DNA of 64,000 bases from NCBI RefSeq assembly GCF_032191835.1, contig NC_083235.1:18228001-18292000 (forward strand), written 5' to 3'. The notes under the pieces are model-generated. The model made no database searches. It was not told the origin of the DNA and saw only the letters and a list, made by a program, of their open reading frames with translations. Below, in pieces: positions 35,956 to 46,208 of the stretch (within the stretch, counting starts at the first letter, position 1; each line of letters begins with the position of its first letter). The stretch comes from Heteronotia binoei. Its lineage: Eukaryota. The position numbers and the translations under genes were made by a program.

Positions 35956-38499
35956 TTAAATTCTGAGCCGGAGGGGTTGCCTCCTACAGAGGTGACCCCG
36001 TAGCAGAATCCAACCAAACAAGGAGAAACCCATTAACCAAAACATTACACAAACATTCAGGTATTTCTCCAATAATACACAAAGTCCCACAACCTCGGTG
36101 TCCATGTCCTTTCTGGACAAAACGTTGCATTGCTGCATGCCGAAGGAATGTCCAGTCTTTAAGATGTACTCCTCCATCTCCCAGGACCACCTCTGGAGTT
36201 TGGTGCTCTCCCTCCGTTGCTGCTGTTGCTGGGGTGAGTGGTCCATCAAAGGAGGAAATTCCTGGCCCCACATATGAGGTTGGAAACTGCCCAGTTCCCA
36301 CACAGTTGCCTCTTCTTTATCCCTCATTGGTGGAATGTTCCCTCTGTCCACTCTGTCCTCCCAGAAAACTACCTCTGGTGCTGCAAACAATTGCTGTCCC
36401 AGCTTCTTTTTGTCTCCTTCCTTCCTACCTATATGCACCACCCTGGACCTCGCAGAGAATGGCTGTGGTATATTCACCTGCCCCACTTGAACTGCCTTTC
36501 CCATTTTCTCCATAGCCCCCACACAGGTAGCATCGTCCAGGTCATCCACAATCACATGGGGTCCCTCCCATTCCACTTTCCGTTCACCAGTATGAAGTGG
36601 CAGGACATCCATCACACTAGCCCCTGTCTCAGCTTCTGCGAACTCCACTTTCTGGTCCCTTGCCACCTCACACAGTGTTTCCAGCCTAGGGTCACTTTGA
36701 ACCTCAGACAGGAAGAGTTCTGGCTGCCCCAGACTTCCTATCATCTGTTCCTTCAAGCCACCCCTAGTCCCACTGTTTCCAGAACACTCAACCCAAGTTT
36801 GACCTGGGTTCTCCGCCCCCTCAGTTGGTTTTTCAGTGTCAGCCAACTGAGCTCCTTCCTGCCTGGAAGGCTCCACCGCATCCTGCTGCCCTTGCGGAAA
36901 TTGGCACCCCTCTTCCCATTGGGCACACCCTCCTGCAGGGCTTGAGACAGGCTGGTCCTCCCCCTCCCTGGTTGGTGGTGAGGTGGCTTCCCTAAAGTTG
37001 CCTTCCTCCCCCCACCTTCCCCTGAGGGTTTGGCTTGGGTTCTCAGTCCCCTCGGTTGGTTTTTCAGCACTACCCAACTGACCCCCTTCCTGCCTGGAAG
37101 GTCCCACAGCTTCCCAGGATTCCTGTCTGCCCTGCTTCACGACGACCTGTTTTGAGAGCGTCTCGGACGATCCCACTTCCTGATCCACAGCTACTTGGTG
37201 AACCGGTTCCCACCTAAGGCCGCTCAGGACCCCCTTCTGGAACCGCTCCCGTTCCCCCAAGCCTTCAGCTATGTGCTCCTCTGAGCCCACATTAGCCTTG
37301 CTGCTCTCAGAACCTCCTGTGAAATCTCCACTCTCCACCTCGGTCTCTTCAGCTTGCACATCCTTTACGCTAGACAGGTTCCTTTCCTTGCTAGGAACAT
37401 CGACAGCCTCTTGCTGCACTTGGGGAAAGCTACACCCCTCTTCCCCTTGGGAACACCCTCCTCCAGGGCTTGAGATAGGCTGGTCCTCCCCCTCCTGGGT
37501 GACTGCCCTCTCTTCATCCTCAGTAACCTGGGCTATTTCCCCCTCCCTGGTTGGTGGTGAGGTGGCTTCCTTAAAGTTGCCTTCCTCCTCCCACTTTCCT
37601 CTGAGGGTTTGGCTGCTGGTTACAGCATTGATAGAGTACTGGCCAACCAACAAATCCCGGCCCAATAACACTGGAACTGTTTGTTCCTTCATTACCCCAC
37701 ATTCAGAATAGGATTTACCTTCTTGTGGAGCCAAACCCCTGAACTGCTTTCGGGAGTGGTCTGGCCCCAGTTTAAACCTTTTAAATACAGTGGCTTTATA
37801 GGCCGCAAAAGTTATCCCCCCATATTCCATAGGCATGCTGTAATAGATGGCTGAAAGCTCTCCAGTCAGGTTGCTACAGAGGTAAGACATATAGTCCTCC
37901 TCTGCAATCCCCCACTGTTTGGCTGCCCTCTCAAAGTTGGAGAGGTATGTGGAGGGGTCTTCTCCCTCCTTGTACACTGCAAAGTCTTCGGGGGTGACTT
38001 TGATCGTTCCGCTTAGTTCAGCTTCCAGACGTAGCACCTCAAGCTCATGGCGACGTTGCTCTTCCTGCTCCCGTCGGCGGAGCTCAGCTTGTCTCAGCTC
38101 CCTCTCTGCTTGTCTTTCCTCTCTCTCTCGTTCCTCCTCTCTGCGGATCTCAGCTTGTCTCAGCTCTCTCTCTCTTTGTCTTTCCTCCCTCTCTCGTTCC
38201 TCCTGTCTGAGGATCTCATCCCTCTCTGCTTGTCGTTCCTCTCTCTCTCGTTCCTCCCGTCTGCGGTCTCGGTCCGCCTCGATACGCATTCTCTCCAGTT
38301 CCATCTGTAGCCGCAAGGTTGCTTCTGACTGGGTAGGGGGCACTTTTGCAGGTGCCCCTGCATGCTTATGATACTCCAACAGGAGGTCTGTCATATCTAC
38401 TACAGTCATGTTGTCACACTCCAGCTTGTGCTTGGCACACTCTTCCTGGAGCTGTGGCTTTGTCATCTCCAGGATTTCCAGCCTCTTAGCACGCTCCAT
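35956..38499 (-). CDS. 847-aa Gag-derived fusion ORF (coiled coil, capsid/SCAN-like region, remnants of PR, IN and RNase H)
   Basis: Uninterrupted ORF from an ATG ~130 nt after the PBS; motifs YLSNFERAA, VPVLLGRDLL, WEGPHV, DHSP...LQRWSWEMEEY. Confidence 0.8.
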   Translation of the reverse strand: MERAKRLEILEMTKPQLQEECAKHKLECDNMTVVDMTDLLLEYHKHAGAPAKVPPTQSEATLRLQMELERMRIEADRDRRREEREREERQAERDEILRQEEREREERQRERELRQAEIRREEEREREERQAERELRQAELRRREQEEQRRHELEVLRLEAELSGTIKVTPEDFAVYKEGEDPSTYLSNFERAAKQWGIAEEDYMSYLCSNLTGELSAIYYSMPMEYGGITFAAYKATVFKRFKLGPDHSRKQFRGLAPQEGKSYSECGVMKEQTVPVLLGRDLLVGQYSINAVTSSQTLRGKWEEEGNFKEATSPPTREGEIAQVTEDEERAVTQEGEDQPISSPGGGCSQGEEGCSFPQVQQEAVDVPSKERNLSSVKDVQAEETEVESGDFTGGSESSKANVGSEEHIAEGLGERERFQKGVLSGLRWEPVHQVAVDQEVGSSETLSKQVVVKQGRQESWEAVGPSRQEGGQLGSAEKPTEGTENPSQTLRGRWGEEGNFREATSPPTREGEDQPVSSPAGGCAQWEEGCQFPQGQQDAVEPSRQEGAQLADTEKPTEGAENPGQTWVECSGNSGTRGGLKEQMIGSLGQPELFLSEVQSDPRLETLCEVARDQKVEFAEAETGASVMDVLPLHTGERKVEWEGPHVIVDDLDDATCVGAMEKMGKAVQVGQVNIPQPFSARSRVVHIGRKEGDKKKLGQQLFAAPEVVFWEDRVDRGNIPPMRDKEEATVWELGSFQPHMWGQEFPPLMDHSPQQQQQRRESTKLQRWSWEMEEYILKTGHSFGMQQCNVLSRKDMDTEVVGLCVLLEKYLNVCVMFWLMGFSLFGWILLRGHLCRRQPLRLRI

Positions 38500-38627
38500 C
38501 CTAACTAACTAAACTTTCCCTACTCCAGTTGACCCGAAAATAAAACAAAACCTCTGTTGCTTTCTGGGTGCTTGCACGTATCAAAAAAACAAAAATGCCT
38601 AGCCAATCAAGTTCTCTGTTTGTTCTT

Positions 38628-38645
38628 ATCCCACCGCTGCCGCCA
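38628..38645 (-). promoter_or_regulatory. Primer-binding site, tRNA-Leu
   Basis: Minus strand TGGCGGCAGCGGTGGGAT, 17/18 complementary to the vertebrate tRNA-Leu(AAG/TAG) 3' end as recalled (ATCCCACCGCTGCCACCA). Confidence 0.8.
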
Positions 38646-38647
38646 AG

Positions 38648-39489
38648 TGTGGTGGAACCGGCCCGATTCTGCCTTCAGACCCGGTCCCGTCAGCTCCCTA
38701 TTGAGTCGCCAACTCCTGGAGGGAGCTATTTCTCCTCCTGCCCCTTGGGCGCGCTGCCACCACATGCTCAGTCCTGGGGTTCAGATTGAGAGGAACAGGA
38801 CTCCCAATCCCCCTCTCCAGCTATGAGGCTAGGCCTCCAGGTCCTCTGCCACCCTGTACTTGGGTTTCACAGAGACCTTAGTGCTTCTTTGGGGCACCCC
38901 TGGAGGATTGGCACCTTATCCAACTGCATGCCTTCCCCCCCTTCACCTGGGGCCCCCTTCTTAACACAGCGTGGTCTAAAGTGGTTTGGGGATCTATGTG
39001 GTACAGAGTTTGACTGCCAGCATTTTAAACAGAAAAAACATATTTATTTAAAAGAGAAAAATATAGGGAAAGAAAAACAAAAACAAAAACAGTTGCATCT
39101 ACAAAATTAGCACAGCACAGCCCAGCCCAGCAAACAGCATGACAAAGGAAAGGTGTTTATAAACGCTTTCTACTGTCCCTGGTCTAACCTTGTCCTGTCT
39201 TGAGAATTACTTACTTGGTCTGCCTGCCTGGGAGCCTCCCAGGCAGGAGCCTCCATTGCTCACCACATGCTCGATCGAGCCCCATTTCAAATCTGCCTTC
39301 TCTTCCTGCCTAACACATGCAAGGAACAACAGCACTTCCTGCCTCTCTAGGAGATTTTCCCCCTAGCGTTGTTGGTTTGGCTCTGGAAGGGAGGGGGGGA
39401 GTGAGGGGAAGGCTACCCAGCCTGCTGAGGGATTTACTGATCCCTGCCAAATGAAGCACCACCACTGACTAAAATGGCGTTTCTCCACA
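38648..39489 (-). repeat. 5' LTR (842 bp)
   Basis: About ten substitutions from the 3' LTR by eye; no indels seen. Confidence 0.95.
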
Positions 39490-39662
39490 GATGCAAACAA
39501 TGGGCATTATTGCATCACCCACTGCGTCATCCAACCAACTGGATGTCAAGTTGAGCATTCCTCACTCCGCAAAAAGCCAACATGATAGGGCCACACAGTT
39601 CAATGATGCAACAATGGGCATTATTGTAGGACCTCCTCTCTTGTCACCTCTATTTGACCCGA

Positions 39663-41356
39663 GTCAAATTGAGGTGACAAGAGAGGAGGTCCTACAGCTG
39701 ATTGACGAATTAAAAACTAATAAGTCACCAGGTCCAGATGGCATACATCCAAGAGATCTGAAAGAACTCAAAGTTGAACTTGTGGATCTCCTGACAAAAA
39801 TATGTAATCTTTCATTGAAATCTACCTCCGTTCCTGAGGACTGGAAGGTAGCAAATGTCACCCCCATCTTTAAAAAGGGTTCCAGAGGAGATCCGGGAAA
39901 TTACAGGCCAGTCAGTCTGACTTCAATACCGGGAAAGTTGATAGAAACCATTATTGAGGACAGAATGAGTAGGCACATTGATGAACACAAGTTATTGAGG
40001 AAGACTCAGCAAGGGTTCTGTAAGGGAAGATCTTGCCTCACTAACCTGTTATAGTTCTCTGACTGAGGGGGTGAACAAGCATGTGGACAAAGGGGACCCA
40101 ACAGATATTGTTGACTTCTAGAAAGCTGTTGATAAAGTTCCTCATCAAAGCTCCTTAGTAAACTCGAGAGTCATGGAGTAAAAGGACAGGTCCTCTTGTG
40201 GATCAAAAACTGGCTAATTAATAAGAAGCAGAGAGTGAGTATAAATGGGCAGTCTTTGCAGTGGAGGACGGTAAGCAGTGGGATGCCGCAGGGCTCAGTA
40301 CTGGGCCCCATGCTCTTTAACTTGTTCATTAATGATCTGGAGTTGGGAGTAAGCAGTGAAGTGGCCAGGTTTGCAGATGACACTAAATTGTTCAGGGTGG
40401 TGAGAACCAGAGAGGATTGTGAGGCACTCCAAAGGGATCTGTTGAGGATGGGTGAGAGGGCATCAACATGGCAGATGTGGTTCAATGTGGTCAAGTGCAA
40501 AGTAATGCACATTGGGGCCAAGAATCCCAGCTACAAATACAAGTTGATGAACTGGCAGAGACTGACCAAGAGAGAGATCTTGGGGTCGTGATAGATAACT
40601 CACTGAAAATGTCAGGACAATGTGTGATTGCAATAAAAAAGGCCAACGCCATGCTGGGAATTATTAGAAAGGGAATTGAAAACAAATCAGCCAGTATCAA
40701 TGCTCCTGTATAAATCGATGGTGTGGTCTCATTTGGAATACTGTGTACAATTCTGGTCACTGCACCTCAAAAAGGATATTATAGCATTGGAAAAAGTGCA
40801 GAAAAGGGCAACTAGGATAATTAAAGGTTTGGAACACTTTCCCTATGAAGAGAGGTTAAAACGTTTGGGGTTCTTTAGCTTGGAGAAACGTTGACTGCGG
40901 GGTGACATGATAGAGGTTTACAAGATTATGCATGGGATGGAGAAAGTAGAGGAAGTCCTTTTCTCCCTTTCTCACAATACAAGAACTCATGGGCATTCGA
41001 TGAAATTGCTGAGCAGTCAGGTTAAAACGGATAAAAGGAAGTACTTCTTCACCCAAAGGGTGAATAACATGTGGAATTCACTGCCACAGGAGGTGGTGGC
41101 AGCTACAAGCATAGCCAGCTTTAAGTGGGGATTGGATAAAAATACGGAGCAGAGGTCTATCAGNNNNNNNNNNNNNNNNNNNNNNNNNNNNNNNNNNNNN
41201 NNNNNNNNNNNNNNNNNNNNNNNNNNNNNNNNNNNNNNNNNNNNNNNNNNNNNNNNNNNNNNNNNNNNNNNNNNNNNNNNNNNNNNNNNNNNNNNACAGA
41301 GTGTTGGCCTGGATGGGCCTTTGACCTGATCCAACATGGCTTCTCTTATGTTCTTA
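39663..41356 (+). mobile_element. 5'-truncated CR1, decayed, gap in the 3' UTR
   Basis: RT pieces (KSPGPDGIHP, PQGSVLGP, FADDTKL) and a CTCTTATGTTCTT end. Confidence 0.92.
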
Positions 41357-43009
41357 AGCCACGTGCTGCTCTTTCACACATATTGTATGGCTCCCAGAGG
41401 TCTAGGAGGAACTTAATGTGGGCTTACTCTCAAGTAAGTGCGCTTAGCATTGGGACCTCAGTCAACCTCCTAGGTCTGACCCACATATAGGTGATGGTGT
41501 GAAGTGGGAAAGGAGGGGAAGATAAGCAGGCTTACAAGCCCTTCTCTATCATGGAGGCTGACCAGAGACCGAGAGCAAGGAAAGAGAATGTAGCAGCCAA
41601 GGGAGCCACTGGAAGGAGAGGCAAATTTAAAGAGAGCTGTGTTAAGTTTCCCTTTTGTTTCATAGTGCTAGTAGAAGCTATTTACTAACCCTGTGGTCAC
41701 ACGCACCTTTAGTTCCGTCTTACCCATGGTTCCCGTTCGGATTTTATGAGCACATCCAGACAACCCCATCTGTACCTCGAACACAACTCGTCAGCATCCC
41801 AACTTGCCTCGGTTTGATGTTGGTGTTATTTGATCCCAGAGAAAGTCCAGCCCTTTCCCCAGAAGCAGCACATATCCAGGTTATTCCTGTTTTGACAGCT
41901 CATGCAGGGTACTGCCCCTTGGGATGTTTGGCACCTGCCATCTGCCCCACCCATCTTTTAAAAAAAAAACAACCCAGCAGACCTGTGCACGATCAGATCA
42001 TCGGGAATCTGTGGTGAGGCTTCTGCTTCTCTGATCAATACAGGATCTGCAAGAGCATTATCCCAGTATTCAGAACAGAAAAAAAAAATATTTTTTCAAT
42101 GTGGAGGATTTCCAGATATCATAGTCACTGCCCGTTTCCAGAAAAGTAGTCCCTGGCAGTCCCCTAGTTTGAATCAGCAACATTAATTCCTGGAACTTCC
42201 CTGTCCCCCTGAAGCAACATTTGACTCCCCACCTCCCAATGGTTCGGTGCATGTTCAATGAAAACCGCATGGCAGGAATGATTGCTCAGCAACTGATTGA
42301 GAGTGAGACGACTTTGGATCTGCTTGATTGGTTGTGCACATGTTCCAAGAAAAGAGCATAACAGCATTCAATACGTCTGATCGTTCATCAACAGGATGAT
42401 ATTGGGATGAGTCGCATTCTCGGATGCTCATCTGATTGGCCCCACATCGAATCAATATTTAACAGTTCAAATTTGAGTGCTGCATGCCCACTTTTAATGT
42501 GACGTGTGACCACACCCTTGGTGTCAAGGCAAAGAGAGAGGCATAATGATGCAAACAGTGGTAAGTTATTTATGTGTTACATGTGTGTTTCCTTATACCA
42601 CTGGTGCAAAAAAAAATCCCTATAACTTTTCCCTATGCTGGTCTTATGGGGACTGTTATTTCCAGTGTTTGGTTTTTTATAAAGTTTTCTTCTAGCATGG
42701 TCATTTTGTCAAGTGTATACATATGCATTTTATCTTTCTGTGCAAAGAAAGTATTACAAGTTTTAAGGAAGATGTATGTAATGTTTGTTCATCTCTTGCA
42801 GCTCTCGAACACTTGCTGTTTATTCTTATGTTAAGTAAGTTTGGCCACCCCCCGTCCTAGTCCACTGCTGAAATCGAATCTGAGCATTTCAGCATAGGAG
42901 AGATAAGAGGCAAGTGACAAGCTGGAGTCAGCCAAGGTACATCTACCTAATATAATTTTTCCCCTTTCTCTTCCTGCAGCTATTTAGCGTAAAGATGGGA
43001 ACAGAAGTA

Positions 43010-44030
43010 TGGCTGAAGACCTTTTGCTTGTCTGTGAGAATCCGACCCAAACCAGTTCAAATTAAACTTGGGCATTTCCCCCATTTTTCTATGCTATTTT
43101 GCCTCCCTCCAGTGGAAAAAGTGGCCTGCTTCAATAGCTCAGTCATGTTCTCTGTGGGTTTTGTCTCTATTGCCACCATTTTCCTAATAGGTTCCTCTAG
43201 TCCCTGGAGCTCTAGGACGACTTGATGGGATGCAGCCAGACACTCACAACTCCCTGAACTACAGAGTTTCTTTAAACAGAAAGCTGAATCACTACAAAGC
43301 AACCAAAAGGTTTTCATTACCACAAACTGAGGCTGTTTATTCTGAAACAGCTTGAAGATGAGTTCTGTTCTTAAAATCTTCCAGCCAAACTCAGTTCTGT
43401 GGAGGGGGCCTGTATTTCCCACTCTCTCATTTTTTCACCCTGAGGACACGCTTCTTTTCAGATACTGTTCTGAAGCAGAAATAGAACATAACATCTGAAA
43501 AAAATTACATTCAAGTTTCTCTACCTAGAGACAAGTTTCAAGTGGTTCAAACCATTATACGTACTCCAATGCAGGTAAGTATTTGCTTATTCATAACACA
43601 AGGAGGGTGAAGGAGATCTTTGAGGAATCCATTTTCAGAAGTTCGCTCTAATCTGCTTCCTGTGATTCTGTCTTACAGTTAAGCACACCACCAGTACATC
43701 AAGATCACTTCTGACTACTCTGTGTGGCAGTGGATCCCCCAAAGTCTCAGGTATAGGTTTTTCCACATCAATACTATCTCATCCTTTTAACTAGAGATAT
43801 CGGGGATTGAACCTAAGACCTTCTGTGTGCCAAGCAGAGATTCTGTCACTCAGCCACGGCCCCTCCTGAGAGTATTGAATTAGGAGCTAGGTTCTAATTT
43901 CCACTCTGTCATGAAGCTGACTAGGTGACCTGGGACCCGTCACTTTTTCTCCGCCTCAGTGAAGGAATAATGAGGATGGGAGAGCAATGTATGCCTCTCT
44001 GTACTCCTCAGTGGGAAGGGGGATATAAAA
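43010..44030 (+). repeat. OR cassette block A, copy 4
   Basis: Homology to the other copies. Confidence 0.85.
43462..43574 (+). other. Putative non-coding 5' UTR exon of the OR at 47675
   Basis: CTTTTCAG| acceptor and CAG|GTAAGT donor. Confidence 0.5.
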
Positions 44031-44180
44031 ATATACAGATTGGTAGATTCACAATGCAATCCACCCCAACGCCCTTCTAAACCTATTGAGTTCAGTGGCT
44101 GAGTAGAGGGTAACTTTGCTTAGAAAGACATTATAACTGTGCCATCCTAAACAGTGGCCCTCTTCCAACTCTATAGATAT

Positions 44181-44672
44181 TGTTATGGGCAGTTTTTGCT
44201 TTACCAAAAACAACTCCCAGACAAGGGTGGTTTCAGCAACAAGCAGTTTTTATTGAAAATACATGTTTGCAAATCATGGAGAGAGGGCAAGACCCAAGGC
44301 AGGGGCCGTAAGGTTCCCGACGCAGCATGTCCTAGCTATCCCTCTGACCAATCAGGTCCCAGCGGAGGGCTTCCAATCTTTGCTCATGCCTGACGTAATG
44401 ATCTCATCCTACCCTTACATGGACATTTCCCCCCTGTGTCCTGCATGATTAATATGTGCTTAGAGAGAAAAATAGTTAAATGCAAGCATAGCATTTTGGT
44501 AAAACTCGGGACTTTCCAGCAGTTATAAATAAATAACTTGCTGGCCAAGCGTTTTTTACAGCTTGGCCTGAGCGTGAGCAATTGTTGTCCGTTTTGTCAG
44601 GCAACTGCTGACATGGCTGAAGGGGCTTTTTCTTAGGTATGGTGGGCAAGAGACCTGTATTTATCCATATCA
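44181..44672 (-). mobile_element. Probable solo LTR (492 bp)
   Basis: TGTTATGG...CCATATCA ends; 4-bp TSD ATAT; minus-strand AATAAA near 44250; absent from the paralogous cassettes. Confidence 0.7.
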
Positions 44673-44759
44673 ATATTAATGGACTTGGCTAGGTGTAGCT
44701 TTGCAATTCTATGGAGAGTTACTCCAGTCTAAATCCACTGGAGTCAACAGGCTCAATGT

Positions 44760-44839
44760 GGATTAACTTTGTATAGGATTAACTTTGTATAGGATTAACT
44801 TTGTATAGGATTAACTTTGTATAGGATTAACTTTGTATA
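44760..44839. repeat. Minisatellite, 5 x 16 bp GGATTAACTTTGTATA
   Basis: Five exact copies. Confidence 0.95.
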
Positions 44840-45242
44840 GGATTGAACAGCAGCTGCTATAAACAGTGTGATACAATATAAAGTTAAAAGTGAGAGTGAT
44901 CACTATAGTGAGTTCTGGTGTTCTTTTAAAACCAAGAATTTAAAAATTCTCTTTTAAAGAGAATGGATTACATTTCCTGACATGTTCCCTAAGAGCTTTT
45001 TAAAAATGTTAGAAGATTAATTCCCTCCACATCCTGCTGAGCCTTGTCGGAAGGAATGATCTCTTTCAGAGAAATTGCACACAGGAGAAGTATGAACTGC
45101 TCTCTCCCAGTGACACAGCCATGGCTTACATTTGGGCCTAGCTATTGATCGTTTGTCAATAAAGATGTCAGGAGGTCAGATCAGGGATTTCTCAATTTGC
45201 ATATAATTTGTACATGTTGCTTTAGTGCCGAATGATATAATA

Positions 45243-45556
45243 CAGTGGTGGCCAAACTTGCTTAAAACAAGAGTCACATAGAATAAATGTCAGATGTTTG
45301 AGAGCCGCAACACACAAATGTCAGATGTTTAAGAGAAGGGAGGGAGGGAAGGAAGGCAAATAGGGAGGGAGAGGTGGAAAGAAAGCCGCTTTAACTTTCA
45401 ATGCATTGTCCAAACCACCAGCTGGTTTGAAGAAATGATTCAAAGAGACAAATACCCTTTGAAAGCCAGCTGATGGAGCAGTGGGGTTCTCAAGAGCCAC
45501 ACAACATGTGTGAAAGAGCCACATGTGGCTCCTGAGCTGCAGCTTGGCCACCCATG
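45243..45556. mobile_element. hAT-like MITE (CAGGGGTGGCCAAAC-type TIR)
   Basis: TSD 7/8 (ATATAATA/ATTTAATA); reverse complement of 46209-46522. Confidence 0.8.
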
Positions 45557-46208
45557 ATTTAATATATCATAGCAGCTCTCTCTCTCTCTCTTCTTTTTTT
45601 GCAGACACAGCATTGTTCTTGCAGAACTCTATTCACATCTGCAATTATTTTGTTTCGTTTACAATGCAGCCAGCTGCTGGAGCTATCTAGCTAAAATCCA
45701 GTACTCATGGATTCATCCAGACACAGGAAGAATGCACAGGAGTTAAGAGAACAATATGCAGTCTGTGAGTGATGTGCTGCTCTTACTTCTGAAGGAGGCT
45801 GAAAATAATACTGGTTAGAAGGAGGGAGTCAAAAACTATTTGGGTGACATATGTTCCAAGTTTCCCATAGACGCTTAGGCAATATTAGTGCAAGATCTAA
45901 TAACACCAGCTTTCTTGGACTTCTGTATTTGCTCCTCTCCTGTATATGTTATCATGTGTCAATGGTGTCTTTTGGATCTGTGCAAACTGAAGAGTTGCAA
46001 TGCAAAATAATATATGCACACAGATCTAACATTAAAAATTACCATATCTGGAGAAACTGGGGAAATTTTAATCTTCCCACATGTACTGTTACCAGTCAAT
46101 TATTCTTCTATAAAAGAAAATGCAAAGAGAGAATATGACAGAAAAGTGCTGAATTAAATTAATGCAGCTCTCCCCCAAGCCTGAACAAGAGTTTTGATAT
46201 TCTCTAGG

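Larger units (their letters stand above)
35103..39489 (-). mobile_element. Non-autonomous Gmr1-like Gypsy LTR retrotransposon, both LTRs present
   Basis: Two 842-bp TG...CA LTRs; 5-bp TSD GATGC; PBS at 38628-38645; PPT at ~35947-35957; single internal ORF. Confidence 0.93.
34273..39624. repeat. Degenerate ~110-115 bp tandem array (5 units) split by a MITE and an LTR element
   Basis: Units start with CCCACTG at 34273, 34386/34786, 34901, 35011 and 39518. Confidence 0.85.

Noticed and set aside
37919-38371. Ser/Arg/Leu-rich plus-strand ORF
   Set aside because: It is the antisense shadow of the E/R repeat of the LTR ORF.
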